Counted from the stretch's first letter, positions 12,910-22,752 are shown. The stretch: 64,000 nt of DNA from Acetobacteraceae bacterium (GCA_965199005.1 CBDAQK010000004.1:33120-97119), one strand, 5' to 3'. Made by a program: numbers and translations. The notes: generated from the sequence alone by a model not told the origin.

Positions 12910-14235
12910 GTGTCCGAGACGTCGCGGGTAGACGAACGCATCAAGGCACGCATCGAGCGAGGCGATTTCCTCTTCAATCTCATGCAGGTGGCCACGACGG
13001 AGTCAGGCGACGTGCAGGAGCACTTCGTCCGTTCAGTCACCGCGTTCAGCGTGGAAGCCCGCCAGAGGCTGGCAGACCGCGATCTCATACGGCGTCGGGT
13101 CTACCGACCACAGGGGTACTGGCCAGCCCAGCAGGGCAAGACCTTTGGCTTCATCGACGGTGGCGTGGCCAATCTGGAGTTGCCCACTGCAGCGCCGATC
13201 GGCGTCAGGGTGGGAAGCTACGTCGTGCGGCCCGGAGAGGCCGGTCCCGGGCGGGAGGAGTTCGGCTACGCCGTCGCCATCGTGGACGAGCTGTTCGGCC
13301 GGGATGCCTACCTCTACGCTTCGGACGACGAAAGCGAGCCGTTCGACGACCTCATGAAGCTCCGGGACGCCGTCCGGATCATCGCCGAGAGCGCCGCGGC
13401 CCTGAAAGTGGCGTCTCGGACGGCGAACAGGCCCGATATTCTGCTGGCGCACGGCCCGCTCATCAACCCGGTGGCTCCATACGGACTCAAGAACTTCCCC
13501 GCGCTTCAACTGCAGGCAGCCCGGCACCTGCTCATGCAGGGCGACTGGACAGGGGACGACAAGGAACGGAGCTTTATCAGGCTCGAGTTGGAAATCCTGA
13601 AGCGCCTGCGGGAGACCGGGGTGAGCGTGGCAGGCGTCGTAGAGAGAGCGAAAGCGGGTAAGTCGCCCTTCTTCACCGCCTTGCTCGGCTGGGCCACGGA
13701 CGAGTTGCCCGCCCGCGAAGCCCTGCGCAAGGGAGATGCCGACGACATGCTGGACACGGCCAGGACGTTCGGCCTGAACGACACGACCATATTCGACCTC
13801 GTGCTGAACGAGGGGGAATACATCTCCCCGGTACCCGTCAACCGTCAGCTGCCTAAGAGCAAGTGGCCACAGCAGGACAGCCTGCCGATCTACATCGAGC
13901 AGTACCCCAGAGCACTGACAACGTTCATCAAGCCAAGCGAGAACGGAAGCCCGTTCCGCCTCGAGTGTTTTGAGGGAGAGGCGGCGTTCGACGATGTGGC
14001 GGACCTCGTCCTGCACACCAGCCGCCTGCTGCCGACCTACGTCTTCCCGGTCGGGCTGGACATCGTGGACAGGTATTCGAAGGTCCCCGCATGGATGAGT
14101 GCCGGGGTGCGGGCCCGCCATCAGCAGCTGCTCCTGAGGAAAGCCTTCGAAACGGGCGACAGGCAGGTGATATCGTACGCCAAGCGGGTCGCCGCTTCCA
14201 GAGGTAGAGACTGGATGTTCCGCCCAACGATCTAG
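12910..14235 (+). CDS. nurA: NurA-family nuclease
   Basis: FIDGG, LAHGPL, GVVER and C-terminal FPVGLDIVDRYSK follow the NurA motif order; directly upstream of HerA. Confidence 0.78.
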   Translation: MSETSRVDERIKARIERGDFLFNLMQVATTESGDVQEHFVRSVTAFSVEARQRLADRDLIRRRVYRPQGYWPAQQGKTFGFIDGGVANLELPTAAPIGVRVGSYVVRPGEAGPGREEFGYAVAIVDELFGRDAYLYASDDESEPFDDLMKLRDAVRIIAESAAALKVASRTANRPDILLAHGPLINPVAPYGLKNFPALQLQAARHLLMQGDWTGDDKERSFIRLELEILKRLRETGVSVAGVVERAKAGKSPFFTALLGWATDELPAREALRKGDADDMLDTARTFGLNDTTIFDLVLNEGEYISPVPVNRQLPKSKWPQQDSLPIYIEQYPRALTTFIKPSENGSPFRLECFEGEAAFDDVADLVLHTSRLLPTYVFPVGLDIVDRYSKVPAWMSAGVRARHQQLLLRKAFETGDRQVISYAKRVAASRGRDWMFRPTI

Positions 14236-14247
14236 GGGATCGCCGCC

Positions 14248-16110
14248 GTGAACGACATGTTGTCAGAGCCCGTCACCGACGCGCCGCCTCCCGCAGCCGA
14301 AGACTGGGCCAGGATCGGGCGGGTGATCGGCAACACGTCCACGGGCGGCTACAGCTTCATCCTCAAGAGCATGCAGGCGAAGGTGGGAGACATCGTCGCC
14401 ACCCGCCTCGAAGTCCCGTCAGGAACGGCAGGTGTCAGCCAGAACGCCACGGTGTGGGGCCGCATCGTGGGCATCGAACGCTCGAACCCGTTTTTCCCCT
14501 CCGAGGCTGCCCAGGAACTGGCGAACGAAGATATCAGGCTGCTCGACACCGTCCTGTCCGACAACCGCGACCACGTCGAAGCCGAGGTCCTCGTGCTGGG
14601 TACGACGGGCAGTGACCCCGCACTAACCCGGCTCACCCCGCTCACCTACCCGGTGAGGCCCTCGGCCGAGGTCCTCTATCCCCCGGCAGAGAGCGTCCGC
14701 AAGCTGCTGACCGGCGACGATGATCCCACCAAGGAACCCAAGCTCCTCATTGGCTCGCTGATAGCGCGGAACGACGTGCCCGTGCACCTCGGTGCCCGCC
14801 AGGTGGTGTCCCGCCACCTGGCTATCCTGGCCATGACCGGCGGCGGCAAGACGGTCGCGGCCCGAAGGGTGGTGAGCGCCTTGATAGAGCATCGCTATCC
14901 TCTCGTCATCTTCGACCCTCACGGAGACTACCTGGGCTTCCAGGAGCGCCAGTCCGCCTTCCCGGGCACCACTGTCAAAGTGTTCTACCCCGTTGTCCAC
15001 GTTTCGCCGGAGACCGTGGACGTCATCGGCGAGCTGGTCGAGAAGATGGGGCAGCGCCTGACCAGCCCGCAACTTGACTTCTTCAACACCGTCGTGACCA
15101 TGTCAGTGCCCCCGCCGGGCGGTGAACCGGCCCTCACCTACATCGCCAGGCTAATCGGAACCGCAACCTCCCTGATGGAGAAGCGGCAGAGCAAGGACAA
15201 GGACGTCGACGGCGCCGTCGCCAACATGCTGCCAGCCTCGATGAACGCAGTGATCAGGTCGTTGCGGTTCGTCAGGGGCAACCTGGAGCAGATGGAGCGC
15301 AACAACGAGCGCCTGCGCAGCCAGGACCGCTTCAAGCAGGCTGGTATCCAGTTCACGGAAATGCCCAGCCCCACCGACGCTCCGGACGACATCGTGCGTC
15401 CGGGGCAGGTATCGGTGTTCTACCTCGCCGGTTTCGACCACCTTAACCAGTCGGCCATCGTGTCCATGGTCATGGAGGCACTCTTCCAGCACCGGTCCAA
15501 GCTCACCGGGGTCATCCCGCCGTTCCAGGCGGTCGTGGAGGAGGCGCACAACTTCATACCGAGCCGCCAGGAGGGCACGGACTCGACGCCGTCGCTGGCG
15601 ACGCTGCGCAAGGTCATCACCGAGGGCCGAAAGTTCGGCACTGGGTTGATCATCATCTCGCAACGGCCTTCCAGGCTCGACGAGACCACGCTGGCGCAGT
15701 GCAACAGCTTCCTCGTCCTCCGGCTGGTCAACCCGCGTGACAAGTCCTTCGTGCGATCGGTGATGGAGAACCTGACCGAGCAGGATGCCAATGTCCTCCA
15801 GACGTTCGGGCCGGGGCAGGGCATCGTCTCCGGCCAGGCAGTCCGCTTTCCCCTGCTGGTGCAGGTAAAGGACGACGAGCTGCGGAGCACGGCACTTACC
15901 GACGAAGACTTCATCAACGAGGCGGCTAGCTGGAAGCAGGGTGTGGCCCGCGCGGCGGACGAGTCCGCACGCCAGAAGCACGCCGCGGCCGAAACTCCGG
16001 CGTCCGCACGAACCGCTCCTAAAGTCCCGGAACCCGACCAGAAGGAACAGACGGCCACGCGTCGTCCGATCAAGTTCAAGCACGGCCGCAGACCGCCGCC
16101 GAAGACCTGA
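14248..16110 (+). CDS. herA: HerA-family ATPase/translocase (HAS barrel plus FtsK-HerA domain)
   Basis: N-terminal IGRVIG barrel, HLAILAMTGGGKT, FDPHGDY, VEEAHNF, EGRKFG, SQRPS. Confidence 0.92.
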   Translation: MNDMLSEPVTDAPPPAAEDWARIGRVIGNTSTGGYSFILKSMQAKVGDIVATRLEVPSGTAGVSQNATVWGRIVGIERSNPFFPSEAAQELANEDIRLLDTVLSDNRDHVEAEVLVLGTTGSDPALTRLTPLTYPVRPSAEVLYPPAESVRKLLTGDDDPTKEPKLLIGSLIARNDVPVHLGARQVVSRHLAILAMTGGGKTVAARRVVSALIEHRYPLVIFDPHGDYLGFQERQSAFPGTTVKVFYPVVHVSPETVDVIGELVEKMGQRLTSPQLDFFNTVVTMSVPPPGGEPALTYIARLIGTATSLMEKRQSKDKDVDGAVANMLPASMNAVIRSLRFVRGNLEQMERNNERLRSQDRFKQAGIQFTEMPSPTDAPDDIVRPGQVSVFYLAGFDHLNQSAIVSMVMEALFQHRSKLTGVIPPFQAVVEEAHNFIPSRQEGTDSTPSLATLRKVITEGRKFGTGLIIISQRPSRLDETTLAQCNSFLVLRLVNPRDKSFVRSVMENLTEQDANVLQTFGPGQGIVSGQAVRFPLLVQVKDDELRSTALTDEDFINEAASWKQGVARAADESARQKHAAAETPASARTAPKVPEPDQKEQTATRRPIKFKHGRRPPPKT

Positions 16111-16122
16111 CGGAGGCGGTGG

Positions 16123-18222
16123 CTAAGCCGCGTCACTCCAGTTCAGGCCAGCACGCCTGGCTGCGTGGAGCACCCGCGTCGCCTGCCTGGCCTGCTTGGG
16201 GCTGGGCCTCTTCAGCCAACCCTGCAGGGCATACTGAAGCAGCGTGGTGGCGATTTGGGTCTCGAGTCCAGTCACCATCCTTGAACCCGCCGCCCACGCG
16301 ATGACCCGACCCCATTCAGCGCCGGTCAGTTGGGTGCACTCGTCGATTTGCCGTTCGTCGTCCGAGAGGGAAGGCCCCTGCTGGGCCGCAGGAGGGAGCG
16401 CCGCAGGCATGGCCGGTTCGGGTTCCACTGCGACGGGCTGCGTCTCCGGCACGCCTGCCGCTGGCCATGTCAGGTTCACCCTCTGGATGGCGTCCCAGGA
16501 AGCTTCCTTCTTGGCGTATTCGGTGACGTTCTCTGGACCCGCTGCAGTCCGAAGCGCAAGGTGAACGACGGGTGCCCACTCGATGAACACCGCCTTGAGC
16601 GCGTCCGAGACCTTTTGCTGGTCCCAGATGCCAAGCAGTTCGAGGCTCGATCCGTAGTCCTTGGAAAGCCGTGCGACCAACGCCGCTGCCACGTTGGCCA
16701 TGTAGGAGCCGAGAGCGGCCTTGCGACAGGCCCTCTGGGCTGCGTCCATCAGGAGAAGAAGGGCGGCCGTCTCCTCCAGGAAGTCATCGTCCGGTTCCCA
16801 GCCCGCTCCGTTCCTTCTTTCAAGCTCCGCCATGAAGGCCGTGTAGTTCTTCTGGCTGCCGCGGCCCACAACGTGTGGTAGGCCCCACCACGACATCCAT
16901 GCCTTGGCCAGTTCGGTCTTGCCGAAGCGCTGCGCCTTGGGGCACTCGGCATCGAAGTCGGCACGCTTGGTGCGCGTCGAACCGGCTCTGTTCCGCGCAA
17001 CCTGATAGGCGCCCCGGGTCCGCTCGTAGAACCAGCGGCTCTCCTCACCTGGGCACCAAACCTTCTCCGCAATCTGTTCGAGCCGGACGTGGAACGGGCT
17101 GTTTGCCGAGAGGTCGGCAAGCTGGATTGGATTTTGTGTGTTAGCGTAGCGGGATATGAGCGGCACGAACTCAGCAAGCTTCTCGGGCCTGACCCGGGTG
17201 AGCTTCATGGCGACCGCCACCCCGCTGAGATCTACCTTGTCCTGCTTGCGGGCGCGGTGGATGGATGCCGTCGTTTGGGCACCGTTGACGATCTGGAGGC
17301 CGACCAGAGACCTGATTACGGTGCGCCCGTTTTCCATGCCGACGTCGATTTCGTCTGCCGTGGCAGTTATGCCATTGTTGTAGGCCAGGAAGCGGTCCTT
17401 CTCCGCATTGTTGGCCAGGGTCGCCCGAATGCCCTTGTTGACCTTGCCGGTGGCCTGCAGGAATGATCGGACGTTGAACTCGAAGAGCTTGGCACCGAAA
17501 TCCTCATATAGGAGGTAGAGCGTCTCACCCGGAATGATGGCCAGGAACGTCTGGTATTCGACTGTAGAGGACTGCATCTCCAGAACAGGAAGCGGCTGAC
17601 CCATCACCGCCTTGAAATCGACCTTGATGAGCTCGCGGGTGACAGTATCGTTCCCAGCCCGTTGCAGCCGCTCCAGGTCCCAGACTTCGAAAGTGATTGG
17701 CTTTCCAATCTCTTCCATCGGCTCGATGGATCGGTCCCGGACCGCTGCGTTCGTGATGAAGGTGACCAGCACATCATCGATGTTCGCCAGCTTGCGCCTG
17801 ATTTCCTGGACTGCAGCGTAGGCCGGGCTTCCGGCCGGGAAACGCGCAACGTCCTTCTTGACCGCTAGCCGGAAGAAGCGGGCTGCCCAGCTGGTCCATT
17901 TGACGACCTCGGCCCTGGTAAGGTCGGGCGTGCCCTCCTGGGGCTCGTATGGGATGAACAGCGAGGTAAACAGCAGCAGCCGGTTTTCCTCCTCATCGAT
18001 GCTGTAAGCCACGACCTTGCACCGATCCCGGCCTTCGGTGTCGTGGTGGGGGCAGAGATCGTCGGTTGATGCAGCGCCGGTATCGCTTATGATGCCCATT
18101 GCCGCCTGGAGCAGTGCCACATCCCAGCCAAGCTGGAAGTCCTCGCCCAGGTCTGCATGGATCGACCTGACGTCCTCATCCAGGCTGACGGCGAAATCCC
18201 GCAGAAGCCGCTGCTCTAACAC
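16123..18222 (-). CDS. AIPR family (abortive infection phage resistance) protein
   Basis: LFEFNVRSFL, RFLAYNNGIT, LQIVNGAQTTASI, ISRYANTQN, WFYERTRGAY. Confidence 0.92.
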   Translation of the reverse strand: MLEQRLLRDFAVSLDEDVRSIHADLGEDFQLGWDVALLQAAMGIISDTGAASTDDLCPHHDTEGRDRCKVVAYSIDEEENRLLLFTSLFIPYEPQEGTPDLTRAEVVKWTSWAARFFRLAVKKDVARFPAGSPAYAAVQEIRRKLANIDDVLVTFITNAAVRDRSIEPMEEIGKPITFEVWDLERLQRAGNDTVTRELIKVDFKAVMGQPLPVLEMQSSTVEYQTFLAIIPGETLYLLYEDFGAKLFEFNVRSFLQATGKVNKGIRATLANNAEKDRFLAYNNGITATADEIDVGMENGRTVIRSLVGLQIVNGAQTTASIHRARKQDKVDLSGVAVAMKLTRVRPEKLAEFVPLISRYANTQNPIQLADLSANSPFHVRLEQIAEKVWCPGEESRWFYERTRGAYQVARNRAGSTRTKRADFDAECPKAQRFGKTELAKAWMSWWGLPHVVGRGSQKNYTAFMAELERRNGAGWEPDDDFLEETAALLLLMDAAQRACRKAALGSYMANVAAALVARLSKDYGSSLELLGIWDQQKVSDALKAVFIEWAPVVHLALRTAAGPENVTEYAKKEASWDAIQRVNLTWPAAGVPETQPVAVEPEPAMPAALPPAAQQGPSLSDDERQIDECTQLTGAEWGRVIAWAAGSRMVTGLETQIATTLLQYALQGWLKRPSPKQARQATRVLHAARRAGLNWSDAA

Positions 18223-18928
18223 GCTTCCACCCCTTTGTTTCTCCTGCTGATTATCAGGTCATTTGGGTGCAGGAGGGAAGAGGTTCGGCGACATTGTGAC
18301 CCACAAATCCCCGCCCGGGGGCAACGCTCCGGAGAGCAAATTGCCCTGCAACGCCGACGCGTCATCGGCGCACAAGGCCGCCCTGTTCAAATCTCTGCAC
18401 CAGATTCGCTCTAGTTCCGAGGACAGTTTGTACTAGGTTCGCACAGGTCTTGGCCGCACAGCTCGCTTAAGCGATAGGCATCGTGCAGGGAATCAATCGG
18501 GTAAACATCCTGACGTAGCATCCGTCCGCCCCGGTCTGCACCGGTAGGATTGTCGTTCCGGGACCGGGCTGGGTGGCATTCCAACGAGAAGATATTGGCT
18601 CCCGACGGGCTCTCGGCGCCTATTTGCAGGCGTACATCCAGCCCTATGCTGGGGCATCCGCCGCCGCCTCTACCAAGCCCGAAGCTCGTCAGCACGGGAC
18701 TCAGCCAACCGATGGACTCTAGGTCAGCTGGCCACGAACCTGGGCTGGGCAGCGGCGGAGTTCGTTGGAGGTAGTTGGCCGACGGGCTCGCCACCCCCGA
18801 CTTGGTGGGAGCTGACCACGCGGTGGCATGCGGTCTGTCAGGTCACGCCTGGAACGTTGGTGTACACCGCCTTCTTCTGTGATCCGGCAGGGGGTAGTCT
18901 ATGGCGTAGGAGGACATCGGGAGACGCC

Positions 18929-19468
18929 ATGAGGATCACCAGCTACGGTTTGTTCTGGCGGAGGGACGAAATCGAATGGGCGCCTGGCAGGGGCAATCGG
19001 AACGGGTTCCGACTACTCGGCCGCTTAGGGGCTAATCGTCCGAAGCTAAAGGTCGCGGACTTCCGCCACCAGCAAGGAATATACATCCTCTACGACGAGT
19101 ATGGCCCCGCCTACGTCGGCCTTACCAGGGCGCAGGGTCTGGGCAAACGTCTCAAGGACCACCTCTCCGACCATCTTGCCGACATGTGGGACCGCTTCTC
19201 GTGGTTCGGCTTCCGGGAGCCCGGTGCGGTTTCGAGCAGCGGCATCCTCAACCTTGAAACGCTTCCAGAAACTGGAGAGCTCACCGAAGACACGGGGACC
19301 ACCATCGGTGATCTTGAAGCACTGTTGATCCAGGCAATCGGGCCCAAGCTCAACTCTTCGGGCATGAGGTTCAGGAACGCTTTCAAATGGGAGCAGATAT
19401 ACTGGGACGACATCGGGATATATCTTAAGCGGCTAGATCCCGAGACCACTGCAAGCGAGACCGCATGA
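18929..19468 (+). CDS. GIY-YIG nuclease family protein
   Basis: GIYILY...YVG...LGKRLKDH...WDRFSWFG...LEALLI. Confidence 0.75.
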   Translation: MRITSYGLFWRRDEIEWAPGRGNRNGFRLLGRLGANRPKLKVADFRHQQGIYILYDEYGPAYVGLTRAQGLGKRLKDHLSDHLADMWDRFSWFGFREPGAVSSSGILNLETLPETGELTEDTGTTIGDLEALLIQAIGPKLNSSGMRFRNAFKWEQIYWDDIGIYLKRLDPETTASETA

Positions 19469-19688
19469 AGGCTGGTCAGGAAGCTGCGGCCTTGAACTGC
19501 TGAGCTCACTAGGGAGGGGATGATCGTCAGTATTTGCGCGTTGTCGAAAATCGGTCAGGGGTGTCAGGCAGAGCGCGATTGTTCCCTGAGAGGCGGAAGC
19601 GTGGCTTTGAGGTGGTGCTCGGAAGTACGCGCCGATCGGGGCGAAAACCCGGACGTCCTCCATGGGGCAAGTCGAGCCACTCCTCATG

Positions 19689-20684
19689 TCAATCCCGCCT
19701 TGTCGGCGCATCGCCGCCAGTGCTGGTGGCCACCACCACGGCAAATGCTCCGTCGCCGTCTCCGACGCCAGGCGTTCCCGTCTCCCACCCAGGCGGTCCC
19801 CCAGTTGCGTGGAAGTGGAGCGCTCCCCCTGCTGAAGGGGAGGGTGCTGGGGGTAGAAGGGAGAGCAGCTCCTCCACGACCAGCGACCAATGGCAGGCCT
19901 GTCCCAGGCCGGAAGGCCAACCAGGCGCGGGCACCGAACGACCTTGCGTACCCTGCACCAAGCGAAGGAGATAGCCCGGCAGGGACATGCCGACCGAGGT
20001 CCGGTAGAGATTGGGAGTGGTCGGGTCACAGAGGCGCCAGGCGCTAGGCCAGACGCCCCGACGCCTGACCCGGGCTGCGGCGTCATCTATCATGCCGTAC
20101 CGGGCGCCCTGAATGACCGTCGAGGCCCCTGCCTTGGCCTTCGGGCCGAGCACAGCCACGTCCCGCTCCAGGGCATCTGGATCGGAGTGCGCGATGCCCG
20201 CCAAGGTCGAGAGAGTCTTTACCAAGCGCGGCAGACCGCCGGGCCAGATCGTGTAACGGAACTTGGGCCAGCCCGTGTAGAGCATGAGCTGGTTGGCGTT
20301 TGGGGCGGAGACGCCACCCGCACCGAAGAGCTTGGCCTGCACCAGGGCAGCTCGCCTGAACTGCAGCACGCCCTTCTCCTCGTGGTCGTGCACGAGCAGG
20401 AAGTCGCCCAGTTCGCAGCTCCCTGTCGAACCCGGGAAACTAACCCATGGGTGGCCGTGGCAGACGACCCCGCGCAGCCGTAGCCGTAGCCCGGGAGGCA
20501 TCGAAATCGACCATGCTAAATCGATCCGGGGCAAAGCGCGCAGAACCAAGTTCTTGAGGGCCGGGACTTCAGGGACCTTGGCGGAGGACCCGAATTCAGA
20601 GAACCAGGCATCCTGGATTTCCAGGTTGGCGACGCGGCGAAGTCGACGGAGGGCCTCGTTGGTCAACATCGGCGCATCATCCAT
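19689..20684 (-). CDS. Hypothetical protein, possible PD-(D/E)xK-like nuclease
   Basis: CELGDFLLV...RRAALVQAK resembles a restriction-endonuclease core with QxK. Confidence 0.55.
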   Translation of the reverse strand: MDDAPMLTNEALRRLRRVANLEIQDAWFSEFGSSAKVPEVPALKNLVLRALPRIDLAWSISMPPGLRLRLRGVVCHGHPWVSFPGSTGSCELGDFLLVHDHEEKGVLQFRRAALVQAKLFGAGGVSAPNANQLMLYTGWPKFRYTIWPGGLPRLVKTLSTLAGIAHSDPDALERDVAVLGPKAKAGASTVIQGARYGMIDDAAARVRRRGVWPSAWRLCDPTTPNLYRTSVGMSLPGYLLRLVQGTQGRSVPAPGWPSGLGQACHWSLVVEELLSLLPPAPSPSAGGALHFHATGGPPGWETGTPGVGDGDGAFAVVVATSTGGDAPTRRD

Positions 20685-20809
20685 TCGAGCCAGACCGGCC
20701 CATTGTAGTTGCCCTCTTGAGGCGAGCCAAGCGCGGCAAAGTCCACCTGAGTGACGCCCGGTTTGCTGGAGGACGGGTCTCGGCCACCAGCAGGCTGCGC
20801 GCTACCTGG

Positions 20810-21705
20810 TCACTTCGCCACCGAGATCGGCGGGATGCGGGCGTCCTCCGGCGCACCAAGATAGCACTGCATTGCGCCATCGATCGGCTGCGCACCAATT
20901 CCAGGACGTTCCGGGAGCCAGAGCGGAGGCCAACCCGTGAACCGCATCCTAGATGCGGAGGCCATGGCCTCGAGGAGAGCGGCTAGGCCAGTCACCGTGG
21001 TCCTGAACCGGCAATCCATTTCGTATCTGCCAGGGTGAATCGCGCAGGGTCGGTTTCCGGCAGTGGGGCAACTAGAGCATTCCACCTGTCCCTGGCGTCC
21101 TCGGCAAAAGCGTTCTGGAGGGCGCCTGCAGAGGTCGCAGGCGAGCCGTCGGAGATCAGGACAATGCCCTGCAGGATTCCGCGTGGCATCCAGCATGTCG
21201 GCCTTGCGGTTGTGCAGGCACCGCTCCAGCAGGCTGTTCCAGTCTGCGCGGTCGAGGCGGGCGCGCTCTCCGGCCCCGGCCTGCGGACGACGTAGCAGGC
21301 GTGCAAGGTCACCGTTCCCTTCGGGGTGGCGCTGCGCGACATGACGGGTGTCCCGTGGCCACCGGGCACCACGATGATAGGGTGCTCCGCGCCGGTAACA
21401 GGATGAGCCACCTGCGTGAGCCTGCAATGGAAGGCTGGGTCGGCGAACTTCTTGATGACGCCGTTTATGGCGTCCTGATCATAGGGTGGCAGGCCAGCCG
21501 GACGTGAGACGGGCCGGAGAACCGATCCTTCATCTGAAAAGCCGAGCACGAGGTGGCCGCCACCTTCATTGGCCAACGCCATGGCCGCCTTGGCGAGCAG
21601 GCCTCGGTGTTCTACATCGGCAAAATCAAGCCAGCTCTTGAACTCGACTGCAGGGCTCTCGTTGGGCGTAGCGAGAAGCGCGCCAAGGTCGTCCGCAGCT
21701 GCCAT
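20810..21705 (-). pseudogene. Schlafen/AlbA_2 domain protein, frameshifted
   Basis: ESPAVEFKSWLD, AAMALANEGGGHLVLG; the plausible continuation switches frame (DWNSLLERCL..., then GRYE...FTGWPPLW). Confidence 0.7.
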
Positions 21706-21831
21706 GATGTTCTCGTCCTCAAGAGTGCAGGGCGCGTATGGGACCCGGTCGCCTGATTGTCGTCACAGCACCGAGAGAGATTGAGCGGCACACATGTCCG
21801 CATGGCATGTCATTGTTGATGCCTTAGCAGG

Positions 21832-22752
21832 TCAGAGTCTGGCACCGTCAACAATGGGGAATGGCACCGCTGTTTTGCCCGTGGCAGTCCACCGGAGCTC
21901 TCGTGCAGCCATGCCTCGGTCGGCAGCGAACGCGTTCCAGGACATGATCATGATGGCAAACCGGGCGAGCATGCTCTCCCGCGTTCCCACAGCTTGCTCA
22001 ACCCCTCGCATCAGGCGTTCCCGGAGCACATAAGCCGGGTCGGACTTTCCCGCAGCCAGCCCGGTTGCCAGTGTCTCGAGCCATGGGGCAAGGCGACCTT
22101 TGCCGGGTGACCTGGAAGCAAGGTATGCCGTCCCCAGCAAGGGTGTGCTTCGGATCCCGCGGGGAAAAGCATAACCGGCGACCTGCCTACCAACGGCTTC
22201 GATCCCTTTCCAGCGTCCATAGCCGTCATCAATCTCCGCGTTCGATACAAAGTCGCGTACGGAGTCTGGCAGACCGCGGTCATACAGCACGAGCAGCCGA
22301 ACTGCCTGCGCCACGGCAGCGCCGCCAACGACGCCCCTGATTGCGAGCACGTCACCGCCGGTCCTCGACGTGCCAGTATTCGTCTTGGTAAACGCCCCGC
22401 GTGCGATGCCGAAGCGGACGTCCATTTCAACTTCGGCATCCGTTTGGGAGAGCGCCATCAGACGGTGCTGACCGTCGTTCAGGACGCCTTCGGCGCTGAC
22501 GATAATCGGCTCGCCAGTGTTCTCAAATTCCCCTGACTTCATTTGCTGGACGAGACGCTCGACCTTGCGGTGGCTTACACTCCTGTTCGCCGTGTTGTAG
22601 CCCAGCAGCGCCTCCGCCATCTCCTTACCGAGCAGGAGGGTTTTGGTCCCGTAATGGCCGGACACCAGCTCCTTGAGTTCATCCGGCGCAATCCGCTGAG
22701 CGTGCGGGTTGGCGGCGTTCTGGTCGGCCTTGACGGCGGGTCGCCGGGACAT
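21832..22752 (-). CDS. ParB/Srx-like DGQHR-motif protein
   Basis: NTANRSV...MKSGEF...GEPIIV...LNDGQHRLMAL; GAGG SD upstream. Confidence 0.75.
   Translation of the reverse strand: MSRRPAVKADQNAANPHAQRIAPDELKELVSGHYGTKTLLLGKEMAEALLGYNTANRSVSHRKVERLVQQMKSGEFENTGEPIIVSAEGVLNDGQHRLMALSQTDAEVEMDVRFGIARGAFTKTNTGTSRTGGDVLAIRGVVGGAAVAQAVRLLVLYDRGLPDSVRDFVSNAEIDDGYGRWKGIEAVGRQVAGYAFPRGIRSTPLLGTAYLASRSPGKGRLAPWLETLATGLAAGKSDPAYVLRERLMRGVEQAVGTRESMLARFAIMIMSWNAFAADRGMAARELRWTATGKTAVPFPIVDGARL

Noticed and set aside
12910-16110. Housekeeping NurA-HerA repair operon
   Set aside because: No Mre11/Rad50 (SbcCD) neighbours, and it lies in an accessory defence block behind a methylase. Not fully excluded.
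18411-18794. 127-aa ORF upstream of AIPR as a missing partner gene
   Set aside because: Pro/Gly/Ser-rich with no recognisable motif; more likely non-coding or decayed.
21832-22752. Dnd phosphorothioation system
   Set aside because: Only a DGQHR motif is present; no dndC, dndD or dndE.
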